Assembly (NCBI GenBank): GCA_963826525.1
Contig: CAWGXH010000004.1
Span: 1,088,001 to 1,152,000 of the forward strand
DNA: 64,000 nt
Source of the DNA: an uncultured Methanomicrobiaceae archaeon
Lineage (GTDB): Archaea; Halobacteriota; Methanomicrobia; Methanomicrobiales; Methanoculleaceae
Direction: 5' to 3'
Within the stretch, counting starts at the first letter, position 1; every line of letters starts with the position of its first letter. The notes below the pieces were generated by a model. That model was not told the DNA's origin and ran no database searches. It saw nothing but the letters and a program-made list of their open reading frames with translations. The position numbers and the translations under genes are program-made. Below are positions 19,984 through 30,227 of this stretch, piece by piece.

Positions 19984-20372
19984 GAGGGGTCTTCCGGCGG
20001 GGAGGGTTGATACTTTACTTGTCGTTTCGGAGGGAAAAAGGGTCATTGTTCGGAGGTGGGTGGTGTTCGGGTGCGGGGATGGTTGGGGTGGTAAGGTGGC
20101 CTGCAGGGGTTTTGTTTCCTGTGTGCTGGCGATGCCCCCAGTTGGGTGAGGGGGAACCGCTCCTTTCCATCCTTAAATGAGGCAAATCTGTGAGTATTTT
20201 CCGGTTTTACTGCTGGCTTTAGAAAGTGAATTTCGGCGGTAAGGGGAAAGGGTTTGCGAAATGGAATTCTTGCATCACTGTATTAAAGCAAGGAAAAGCA
20301 TCCTCTAATTCCAAAAAGCAAAACCGATTGTTTAAGTTAAATCAGATAGGTACAACCTGATTGGCGACATCG

Positions 20373-22901
20373 ATGGATAATGATAATGAGACCTTTTTTG
20401 AGGTTGATTCAAAGCTTCTCTTTGAATTAGGGGAGTATCTTATACCCAATCGGGCAATTGCTCTGGCGGAGACTGTTAAGAATGCATACGATGCTGATGC
20501 TAGTAAGGTCACCATCACATTACAGAGCATAAAGAAACCTGGGGGAGTAATCGAAATACAGGATAATGGTGTTGGCATTAGTGAGTCGCTTTTTAAGTCA
20601 TCTTGGATGCGCATTGCATCTCTCCATTCTGAACGGAATCCGCTATCTGAAATGTATCTGAGAAGAAAGGCAGGGAAGAAGGGCATTGGCAGATTTGCAT
20701 GCCGAAAGATTGCAAAAAGGCTATACTTGGGACTCAGTTGCTGAAATTGAACCTGGATATAAAGAAAAACTCTCGGCAATTTTTGATTGGTCAAATTTCA
20801 TTCCAGGTTCGAGTGTCAGTCAGGTACCAGTCAGATATCGTATCACTACGGAGGACAGTAAGACGCCTACGGAACGAAACTGAGATTGGAAGAGACTACT
20901 GAATCTTGGAACAGCAAAAACATTTTACGATTGCGAAACGAACTGAATGAACTCTATACTCCAATTATATACAAAACCGAAGAATCCCGGAATGATTCCG
21001 CAAATCGAAGCGATCCTGGATTTAATTATGTGATTTGTAGTGACGAATTTTCGATTGAACCCGATACAATAAATAATTCCTTTTTTAAACTTGCATGGGC
21101 GAAATTAACAGGATCTGTCGATAAGAATGGCTATGCAACCTATAAACTCGCCGTTCAAAATAAAATCGTAAATTCCTTTGAAAAGTCTTTCAGTCGAGAG
21201 GTGGCCTTTGAAGATCTAATCTGTGCAGAACTAGAGATATACATTTTTTCTTATCGTGCAGATTTATTTTATAATTCTGACTGGAAGTATGCCTCAGATA
21301 ATGGAGATTGCGAAAGATCGGGGAGGTATTCGAGTATATGCTGATAATTTTAGAGTCTTTGGTTATGGGGAAGCAGGAAATGACTGGCTATGCCTGAATC
21401 ATGATAGAGCGAGATCAAAGGCGGATGTTGCCCAAGAACTATTTGTATATAAAGCAGAGGCAACTAGGCCTGGTTTGGCTCTTTTTACCAATGGCAGCTC
21501 TGTTTGGATACGTTACATATTTGCAAGATGAAAATCCCCTTTTGGAAATATTGATTAATCGCGATCGGTTTGATCCTCGTTCTCAGTCATTTAAAAATCT
21601 TTAGAAAATTTGTGAGATTAGGTATAGACTTTGCAACGATCTTATACGCAAATGAAATTGAAATTGAAAAAGAGAAAAAGAGGGCGCTGAACGAGGAAAA
21701 GATTAAAAAAGAAAATGAATCTAGGAGAAAGGCCGAAGATGAGGCACGGGTTGCTGAAGAAGGGGCACGGATTGCCGAAGAGGAGCTGAAAGAAGCAGAA
21801 AAAGCAGAAAGAGAAGCAACCGCTGCTCGAATCAATCCTGAGAAGAAGCGACGCCAACTCGAAGCAGAAAGGCGACTAATTGAGATTTTTAGGAGGAAAG
21901 CAGATGCTGAAAATCATCTGCGGGGGCAAAGCAAAACTTTGCGTAAGGTTGAGGAGGAACAGAAAAAAGAAGAAGAACTGATTAGAGCAGAAAATGAGGC
22001 AAGACAGACTGGAAGAGCGGAAGTGGGCAGAAGAGTTAACGGTCAAAAAATTATCTGAAGAAAAAAGAACGCAAGCAATTAATAAATTATTCTCTTCACT
22101 TCAAGAGATTAAGAGCAATGAAGAACAGATAATAAGTTTAAAGCAAGCAGAACTGGATAGGCAGGCAGAGCAATACCGTGAAGAATTCTCCAGATTAAGA
22201 GTGTTAGCCTCAACAGGCACAATGATAAATGTATTCATTCATGAAATTCAGGCATTAATTGGCGATATGCAAATGATGCAGAGCCACTTCACTGCTCTCT
22301 CTGGATACGCTCCCGCCGATGAAAGAGAATTTTACGAAAAAGATTTAGTGATTTTCGATGATCGAATTGACATGATCAACCAGTTCGGACTGTTTAGGCC
22401 TTACATTAGGTCAAGAAAGCAAGCGCCTGAAATGAAAATGTGGGTCATAAAGCCTGTTGTCGAGCAGGTAGTTTCACCATTTAAATGGCAATTAAGGGAT
22501 AGGGGCATTGAGTGGACAAACTCGATTCCTGAGACATTAAGGACGCCACATATGTTCCATTCAGAACTGGTGTCCATTTTCCAAAACCTACTATCTAATT
22601 CGATAAAAGCAGTTTCAGGGACTCCTGATCGGCGGATTGCAATAGTCGGGGCAGATACAGGAGATAACCTCGTGATCAAATTCCTGGATTCTGGAAAGGG
22701 TATAGATAAAGAGCGATGGAAGGAAGTGTTTAAGCCATTTGTGGAGTCGACTCAGAGCCAGATGCTTTTCAGGGTTCGGGAACTGGTTTGGGCTTGAAAT
22801 TAGTCCGGGATTTTGTTCAGGCGTATGAGGGGAGGGTGCGAGTTATTGATCCTCCGGAGAATTGGAAAACTTGTATTGAGATCTCCTTACCTCTGGTGTA
22901 A
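20373..22901 (+). CDS. MORC/MutL-type GHKL ATPase - coiled coil - histidine kinase fusion (several frameshifts)
   Basis: ALAETVKNAYDADA, DNGVG, GKKGIGRFA; GGIRVYADNFRVFGYG..NDWL; E/K/R/A-rich coil; LASTG...FIHEIQ H-box; QNLLSNSIKA, FLDSGKGI, VFKPF, GTGLGL; ends CIEISLPLV*. Confidence 0.82.
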
Positions 22902-22903
22902 AC

Positions 22904-24028
22904 ATGCATTTGAAAGTTTTGTACCATTGACGATGATAAACGTGATCTGGAGCGATGTTCACGAATTATTGAAATGAGGGGATCAAAAGATTGTCAGTTT
23001 GAGTTTGACCTCCGCGTATCCTCTTCTCTTGCCGGACAATGGGATTGTTTTGCGGATGAGACGTATGATCTGATAATTGCAGATTTTGACTTCTCAAAAG
23101 TTGATGAAGATAACAAAGTATTAGGCATGAACGGTATTGCCTTGTCAAATCTGTTAAGGCAACACTTATTCTGAATGTCCGATTGTTCTTATGACCCGGC
23201 CAGATGTCTTTGATTTCGACACCTACCGGAACTCGGGTATTCAGGATGCAGAACTGCATCCTTAGATGAACCATCTATAAAAATGATTTATTACCATCTG
23301 CCGGTAAGACTGTAAGTCTGCTGGTCGAGCTTAGTTCAAGGGTATGAAACGCTACGGTCGTGTGAACCTAGGAACTGGGATGCTTTGTATGATGTTTTGG
23401 GTGCTCCCGATAGTTCTCACGATGATTTGAAATTATCCTATCCCACAGACCAGTTAATGAAAGGGGCTACATGGGCCGTCTTCACCACTGCAAAATGGAT
23501 TAGGAACGTTCTGATGAAGTATCCTGGCATCCTCTATGATGAAATTCATGCGGCCACGTTCCTTGGGATTCAGTTGATTCATTCCAGGGGGGTCATGTTC
23601 AGGAATTCTTGAGGCCAGCAAGATATTCAGGAGTCTTTTCACAGGAAAAGATGCTTTGGTGGAAATCTAGACTTACTGACCTGGCAACAGCTGATATGAT
23701 TGAAGATGAGGCGTTTTTGTCTTTGCGAAAAGGCTTCCCCATGTATTGGAACAGAACGAGAAACGCGAGCTTAAGCCCTGCCCTCTGTAATTCAAGTAGT
23801 AATACTCCCGCGGACTATGTTTGCTGCATTTGTAACGAGCCCGTGATGATTAAATACTCAATGCGGTATTATCCCGACAATCGACCTTCTGTAATGGATG
23901 AGGCACGAGTCTCATTTAAAGCCATACAAACATCAAATGATGTTAGATTTTCGCTCTTCGATTCATTGGGGCTGGAAATAATCAAGGAGAAATGTCTGAA
24001 TAGAAGGTTGTTTGAAAGGGAGCAATGA
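22904..24028 (+). CDS. Response-regulator receiver protein with uncharacterised Cys-containing C-terminal domain (several frameshifts)
   Basis: MHLKVLY-IDDDKRD, YDLIIADFDF, NGIALSNLLR, CPIVLMT; later YPGILYDEIHAATFLG, LWWKSRL, ALC...YVCCICNEP. Confidence 0.75.
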
Positions 24029-24036
24029 CCACACTA

Positions 24037-24777
24037 TGACTCAAATCGCGGATTACAATGATGGGTTACAGTATTTGTTCGCTTACGAAGAGAGCCGAAA
24101 ATATATAGATGACGAGTCATTAATTAACCTGCCTTGGTGCTGTGCAAATAAGGATCGGAATACAGGCACAATGACCTGGAAAATGAAAATTTCTGAAGAA
24201 AATCCATTTAAAGTTAAAATTAAGGGGCATCAGGCCATTACAGAAATCGAGATCTCCCTTTACATCGAGGCAGAAGAGGCCGAATATCTGAAAATACGTC
24301 GGTTCAATGTTCAACTTAAACTCTGGTCGGACAAGGTTGATCATTGGTATCGCCCAGAGTTTGATTCTACACAGATTCCTCAGAAAGTGACAGACCGCGG
24401 ACTGCAAAAAAGAGTGATGTTAAGATTTCATTATGATATCAGAAAGAAGAAAGTGTTCTCACCAGAACCATATTTTCATTTCCATGTGGGTGGAAGGCAA
24501 TCTCTAGATGAAAACTGTTGGATTCCTAGGGCTATAAAAGAGCCTAGAATTCCATCCCCTCCTCTGGACATTGTTTTACTACTGGAGTATATCTTTGTCA
24601 ATTACTATAGCAAAGAGACCGAACAACTACGAAGTACACCTAAGTAGGTTAGGATGCGTACGCCGGAGCCAAGACTTGTTCCAGAAACGGTACTTCCTGA
24701 AGTGTATGCAGTTCCTTGAAGATACTGAAAATACGCTGCTCGAGAACTCACTACATTATAAGTTAAAGCGCAATTAG
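24037..24777 (+). CDS. Hypothetical protein, DUF2290-like C-terminal motifs (frameshift near 24640)
   Basis: LRFHYD...PEPYFHFHVGG...EPRIPSPPLDIVLLLEYIFVNYY; closely follows the REC gene. Confidence 0.55.
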
Positions 24778-26343
24778 TCACGAGTTACGAGTAATTAGAG
24801 TTCTGTATAAATATTTACCAAAGAGACTAATTTTTTGATCAAGCACATCGCCATACCACGTACCATTTTGTATTGCAAAATCTCCAATCTGCTCGATCAA
24901 ATCAAGATTTGGCAGTGGCAACTTTCTAATGTCCGTGACATTCACCTGCGTATTCCCACTTATCATTCGATAATATCTGTCAATTACTGATGAGTTAAGC
25001 AATGCAGTAATTCCGAGGATTATATTAGTCTCAATGTCACCCTCGATTCCATAAATATAGTTCAGGTGGTTTTCAAACCCAAGGTGAGTGTATTCTGAAA
25101 AGTTTTCTTTAAATAAGGGTGATGCAGTGATCCTTTTACTCTGACACTTTGATGAAAACCTTTTGATGAGTATATAGTCGTTGTTTGGGACTAAAAGTGA
25201 TTCAGTCCTAATAATTTTAAGAATTGCCTGTCGTTTTCTATAGTTTTCGATAGGCCAGCTCACTCCGGTCAGACCGCAGTGTTTCATCCATAATAACGGC
25301 ACCCATTCTTTTGATGATGAGTTATCGACTAAATACTCTGCCACTCTAAAATCCACTACTTTTCCTGTAGAAACACCCATTCCAAAATCTTTTAGATCGT
25401 TTTCCCACGAATCTACAACTTCAAGAATATTGAGATCATCTGGTGAATTTGGGATTCTTATGTAGGAATGTGCGTTTTGCGTCACTATAACGTCTTTAGG
25501 TTGCGCGTACAATGTCTTGATATCAGAGAATCGGCTATCTAACGAGCTGGTCACTAGAATCTTGCCTTGGCTATTATTTTTAGTTCCATTAAAAATTATT
25601 ACTTCTTGTTCTACCTTATCGTCACTAAACACCTTTGTGCGTGACTTAAAGATATGGATTGCTTTTAGGGATGAGTTATGAATGAACCACTCCCTGACTT
25701 TTTTATAATACAAACCTGAGCAAAAACTTCTGGGAGTGATAAAAACAAATTCTCCGCCGTTCTTTAGCATGCTCGCTGATAATACCATGAATAGTGAGTA
25801 AATGTTAGGCTGTCCCTCAACGAAGGTCTCCAATAGACGAGAATACCTAGATGTTGCTTTAAGTTTGTAATAGGGTGGATTTGCTATTACTATGCTATAA
25901 CGGTCATGTTCTTCAAGAGGCCATAATGCATCCGACTGTACGTAATGTGAATTGTTGAGAATAAAGTCCATGTTTCTAACAGTGATAGTAGCATCATGCC
26001 CTAATTGTATAAGTTTTGTCTCAAAATCGTGAGTGGTACTTTTCAAGTATGGGGTAAGTTTTTCATCAATTTCCCAGGCGTCGATGGTGATGCTGATCGG
26101 GTCTTGAATTTCATTGGCAATTCTATTGCAGAGAGCGGCAAGTAATACTCCTGTGCCCGCTCCAGGGTCTAATATCTTTAATTGCTCTTTATTGATGTCG
26201 ACCAAACTGGCCATGTGCGTTGCAATGCTAACAGGTGTGAAAAACTGGCCACAACGTTTGCGGTTGACGTTACTGTTTGTATTTGTATATTCACTTGCAT
26301 AGTGGTAGGAGTTATCAAGGATCTTCTGCGCTGTTTGCTCCAT
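24778..26343 (-). CDS. Type II N6-adenine DNA methyltransferase, Eco57I-domain, BsuBI/PstI-like
   Basis: GQFFTP, ILDPGAGTG, IANPPYYK, PNIYSLF, ITPRSFCSGLYY, STGKVVDFR, FENHLNY, SGNTQVN. Confidence 0.92.
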   Translation of the reverse strand: MEQTAQKILDNSYHYASEYTNTNSNVNRKRCGQFFTPVSIATHMASLVDINKEQLKILDPGAGTGVLLAALCNRIANEIQDPISITIDAWEIDEKLTPYLKSTTHDFETKLIQLGHDATITVRNMDFILNNSHYVQSDALWPLEEHDRYSIVIANPPYYKLKATSRYSRLLETFVEGQPNIYSLFMVLSASMLKNGGEFVFITPRSFCSGLYYKKVREWFIHNSSLKAIHIFKSRTKVFSDDKVEQEVIIFNGTKNNSQGKILVTSSLDSRFSDIKTLYAQPKDVIVTQNAHSYIRIPNSPDDLNILEVVDSWENDLKDFGMGVSTGKVVDFRVAEYLVDNSSSKEWVPLLWMKHCGLTGVSWPIENYRKRQAILKIIRTESLLVPNNDYILIKRFSSKCQSKRITASPLFKENFSEYTHLGFENHLNYIYGIEGDIETNIILGITALLNSSVIDRYYRMISGNTQVNVTDIRKLPLPNLDLIEQIGDFAIQNGTWYGDVLDQKISLFGKYLYRTLITRNS

Positions 26344-26648
26344 AAAATACCACTATCTCTTCCTAGTGTCGCTCAAAATTCAGTATAACTTATTAATCTG
26401 CCATTTCCGCAGATTTGATCATCTTAAATATGGGCAACGGTATCACTTAAAGATTTGCTTCTGATTTTTGGAAAATCTTCTCTTATTTGACAGCTCCTTG
26501 AACTTTAGTGTGATCGGTTTCTCTGAATACTAAACTCCTATGACCCACGATTGAAGCATTGGATAGTCACCTGCAGGTACCCATCTGTCCCAATGGAGGA
26601 TTGCGGCGGGGAGGAGAAATGGGTTTGATGCTCCACAAGGGATGATAT

Positions 26649-27237
26649 CTACTTTTTTGAAGATTTTCCTGATATTTCCTTCAACGTGCCCTTAATTTCA
26701 GAAAGTTCTTCAAATATCTCATTAAACTCCTTCTGTGAATCACTTATATGGAGTGAGGCGTAAAACATCGCCGTGCTCAGGCCGATTGATACGAAATACG
26801 CATCCAATTGTGAAAACTGGTGAGTCGACGTAACTGCGGAGGCCTATTTGGTCTATAGCTAGCATCTCTAATATTTTTGATGATAACGGTTTTACTAAAA
26901 GGCATCCGCCAATAATTGCTAGAATTGTACTAATGACGCAGAATACTAAAATTAGCCTTTGAGCCTTCTTTTGACTTTTAAGTCTTTTCGTAGTTTTCAG
27001 TGTATCTGGACTACCTTTTGAGGACTCAACCAATTTCGGTGTAATTTTGCTGTAAATTATTATAAGAAAGAGGCCTGTTGCAATCATGAGCAAGACGCTA
27101 AAAATCAACTGAAAGCCGAGAATGTTGTCTTTGGTCATTTCAAAAGCAATTATTTCAGATAGCGCAACAGCGAGGAAATAAACCACTGCAAGAATTGCGA
27201 TTTCCCCAATCTCCGAGGCGCCCTCGTCCCGTCCCAT
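26649..27237 (-). CDS. Hypothetical membrane protein (probably frameshifted; C-terminus ...KEFNEIFEELSEIKGTLKEISGKSSKK*)
   Basis: Three to four hydrophobic segments in ORF 26740..27237; plausible continuation in another frame to the stop at 26649. Confidence 0.5.
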
Positions 27238-27313
27238 TGAATAGAGTTCTTCTTCAAATGCTGAAAACCCTTTCCAAGCGTTTTTTGAAACCTGGAATAG
27301 ATTTACCTAAATA

Positions 27314-27461
27314 ATGCCTCCCCCTCCTACAGCAGCCTCCCCTACCTCTTCGCCGGCTGTGCCCTGGTCGGGCTGCTCGTCATCTCCTCGGCGCATACGT
27401 GCTCAGCCCCGGGGAGGCGAACCCGCCCCTCTCCTTCGCCCCTCCGGCGAGATACGTCGGG
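27314..27461 (+). repeat. Left copy of ~150-bp diverged direct repeat (signal-peptide gene fragment)
   Basis: Aligns with 30051-30197; shared core CCCTGGTCGGGCTGCTCGTCATCTC. Confidence 0.85.
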
Positions 27462-27523
27462 AACGTTTTCCCTCTCATCGTGGAAAACTGACTGTAAAAT
27501 GCATATCGCCCTGATACCCGCCC

Positions 27524-28634
27524 TCACCCCCGTTCCCTCCGTGCTTCCAGCGCCTCGATCTCTTCGAGCGTCCTCGCCTCACCCACCCGGTCGCCGACCT
27601 CCCGTGCGACCGCGAGGCTTTCATGGTAGCAGTCCAGCGCCTCGCCGTACCGGTCCGTCTCCGCATACACCTTCCCGATGCTGCGGAGGAGAGCCGCTTC
27701 GGCAGGTCGATCTCCCAGATCCCGGTAGATCCGGCGGCTTCGCGTGTACGACGCCAGCGCGGCATCGTAGTCTTCCAGGCGGAGAGTACGCGTCCCCCAG
27801 GGAACAGAGTGCGCCCGCTTCCCCCTGCCGGTCGCCGGCCTGCGAATACTTCTCAAGACTCTGTGCTATCAGCTCGAGCGCCCTGGCGTACCGGAAGGTC
27901 GATAAGTAATATTTTCCTTTTTCGAGCAGCATCTTGGCTTCGCCGCTCGTATCCTTGATCTTTTCGGCGAGCTCGACCTGATCTCGTATCTGCGATGTGA
28001 AAGAATCGATGACTTTCACGATGAGGTCATAATGTGTCCCCTTCAGACGATGGGATACCGCAGATTGAGTTTTGCCGATCTTTTCTGCGATCTCCTTTTG
28101 CGTGAGCCCTTCCAACGTCAGCATCACGGTTTCTGCTTGTCTCTTTGTATATCCATTGATAGTGTTATCCACGGCAGCGCAAAAAATCGGCAAAAAAGCA
28201 TTCGACTTCTTCCCAGGGCGTTTTTACAGTCAGGTTTTGCCCGGCCTTTTTCATCTGATCCAGTTCGAGACCCGAAAGGCTGAAACGCCTCTCCGTCGCC
28301 CTCGCCGGCCGAACCGTCTTTCGGCAGGTAATTGACGGTTCCGATCCCAACCGCAATTCTTGCATCCAGCCGGGTTTTGGTATTATCGGGATCAAGCCCG
28401 GAGATGAGCTTGAGGCGTAAGAGGATGGCATCCTTCAATGCAGTCTTCAGGCTTTGAAGAAACTCCCTGAAAACTGTCCCCACGGAATATCGAAAACGGC
28501 ACGGCGTACTCTTTTCCGATCTCTGCCAACGTATTCTTCAAGTGGCGGATACATTCTTCACCGCATGCTTTTTTGATCTCTCTGGATTGGATTACATCGC
28601 CGGTGAGAACAGCATACATTTTTCTTCCCGTCAT
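27524..28634 (-). CDS. SatD-family palm domain - HTH - TPR fusion (about four frameshifts)
   Basis: YAVLTGDVIQSRE, FRGDSFQG, DARIAVGIG, GDGEAF..SG..LD; LTQKEIAEKIGKTQSAVSHRL; TPRs GDRQGEAGALCSLGDAY, GDRPAEAALLRSIGKVY, GDRVGEARTL. Confidence 0.78.
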
Positions 28635-28676
28635 GACATCATTGCCTTCTTCAAAGGTTCCTTTCTTGCGATAAGA

Positions 28677-28839
28677 TATGAATGTATTTATTCATGTTTT
28701 GAGAATATTAATATTATAGTTCATAGTATGGAAGTATGAGTAATTTTAATCATAAGAATGGGATATGAATAAATTTGTTCATATCTGTAATATATGTGTG
28801 TCTTAGTTCATATTTTTAGATTATGAGGGAATATTCATA
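28677..28839. promoter_or_regulatory. Array of six palindromes TATGA-N10-TCATA with exact 29-bp period
   Basis: Copies start at 28677, 28706, 28735, 28764, 28793, 28822; best copy GATATGAATAAATTTGTTCATATC; array begins 43 bp upstream of the SatD-HTH start. Confidence 0.85.
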
Positions 28840-28975
28840 CCTTTCAGATGAGGTTCTGTAGCGGCTCGTTCTTGCGGTAAAGATGGATACGGTTTCGTAT
28901 TATTTAGAGGCTGCGGATAGCATGCTCAAATTCAGCGATCTTCCGGTTAACAGATCGAAATCTGGATAGACCCCT

Positions 28976-29941
28976 CTAGAGCATTTGAAAGAATTCTGAT
29001 AGATATTGTATTATTTTCTCAATCCCCCCCAGATTGATTAGGTAATTGGATGTCGCTCCTATAAAAACGGCAATCGCGAAGCTTAACAGTGTTCCTAAAA
29101 TGATATATTCCGATCTCTTCGAATCGTTAATTCTGAAAAGTCCTTTTGCTGCTACAAGGAATCCAATTGCTGTGTAGTCGTTTACGAGGATAAAAATCAA
29201 TATCAGAATACGCTCTACATATCCGATCAAGCGGCCGGCGTTGTCTAAGCTGCCTTCTTGCGTAGTGTCCACATCTTTTCGCCAGAGCTGAGTGATTCTA
29301 TTGACGAGTATCCCGCTAGGCCAGAGAATCAGAAGGAATGCAATAATCGCAATCCATATTTTGATTATCTCAACTGGACTTCCAAAGGGATATGGGATTG
29401 GGATGTGTGGATAGAGCAGTACCAAAACGATGAGTAGAACAAACCCGTGGGCGATCTGGTCGATGAAAAATATATGGATGGGTTCATCTTCAATTTCTAC
29501 TTCATGCTCTCCCTGCTCTTCCTTATCCTCCTGATCTTTCTCATCGTCGTGATCGCCCTTACAATTTACTTTCTTTCGGAGGTTTGCCATCCAGTGGGAC
29601 TTCAACCCGTCTATGACGAAGTGCGATGCCGTGACGAGGATAAATGCGTATAGGAAGGTAATCCATAATTGCGGAAGGAACTCCGGAAGAGATGATGGAT
29701 GTTTTAAGATCAGTATGAAGTTCCAAAGGTTGGCAAAAAGAAACGTCAATACCCCGGCTACAATGGCATGACATATCAGGCACTTGGAGTGCCAACCATT
29801 ATTGAACCGGTTTTTAACCCAGGCATCTGGCTGGAAAACAAAATCGGTCAAGATATGGGCGAGAATTAGGCGAAGGAACAACTCGATGCCATAAGGTATT
29901 AACGTTTCAGTCAAGCAATTGTTATTCTGAACTCCCACCAC
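28976..29941 (-). CDS. DUF3307 family membrane protein (SatE-like)
   Basis: LAHILTDFVFQP, SHFVID, IDQIAH, NAGRLIGYVER, GFLVAAK...RSEYIILGTLLSF. Confidence 0.88.
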   Translation of the reverse strand: MVGVQNNNCLTETLIPYGIELFLRLILAHILTDFVFQPDAWVKNRFNNGWHSKCLICHAIVAGVLTFLFANLWNFILILKHPSSLPEFLPQLWITFLYAFILVTASHFVIDGLKSHWMANLRKKVNCKGDHDDEKDQEDKEEQGEHEVEIEDEPIHIFFIDQIAHGFVLLIVLVLLYPHIPIPYPFGSPVEIIKIWIAIIAFLLILWPSGILVNRITQLWRKDVDTTQEGSLDNAGRLIGYVERILILIFILVNDYTAIGFLVAAKGLFRINDSKRSEYIILGTLLSFAIAVFIGATSNYLINLGGIEKIIQYLSEFFQML

Positions 29942-30050
29942 ATTATTTATTCTATTCTTTCTAGGGAGGCTCCGCCCCGTTTGAGCGATAACCTCAATGG
30001 CAATCTGCTTTGAGAGAATCTATCAGTTCTGAGGAAAAAACCGTATTGTC

Positions 30051-30227
30051 ATGTCCCCCCTCTCCCGTAGCAGTCTCCCGCACCTGATCGCCGGCTGCAC
30101 CCTGGTCGGGCTGCTCGTCATCTCTTCGGTGTATGCCAGGAGCCCCGGAGAGGTGAGCCTGAACGTATCCTTCGACCCGCCCGGGGGATACATCGGGGAG
30201 GGCAGCCCGAAAATCCCGAACAAATAA
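30051..30227 (+). repeat. Right copy of direct repeat; reads as a 58-aa ORF with signal peptide (MSPLSRSSLPHLIAGCTLVGLLVISSVYA...)
   Basis: Manual translation; homologous to 27314-27461. Confidence 0.75.

Larger units (their letters stand above)
20160..30050. mobile_element. AT-rich genomic (probable defence) island
   Basis: Abrupt drop in GC relative to the flanks; cargo of GHKL-HK, REC, MTase, SatD, DUF3307; boundaries approximate. Confidence 0.8.

Noticed and set aside
20100-20170. G-rich segment (GATGCCCCCAGTTGGGTGAGGGGGAACCGCTCC) at the island edge as an IS end or att site
   Set aside because: No matching partner or transposase was found in the window, so it cannot be supported without a genome-wide search.
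28677-28839. 29-bp periodic array as a mini-CRISPR
   Set aside because: The linkers are only 9 bp and the repeats are conserved only at the half-sites, which fits protein-binding sites better.
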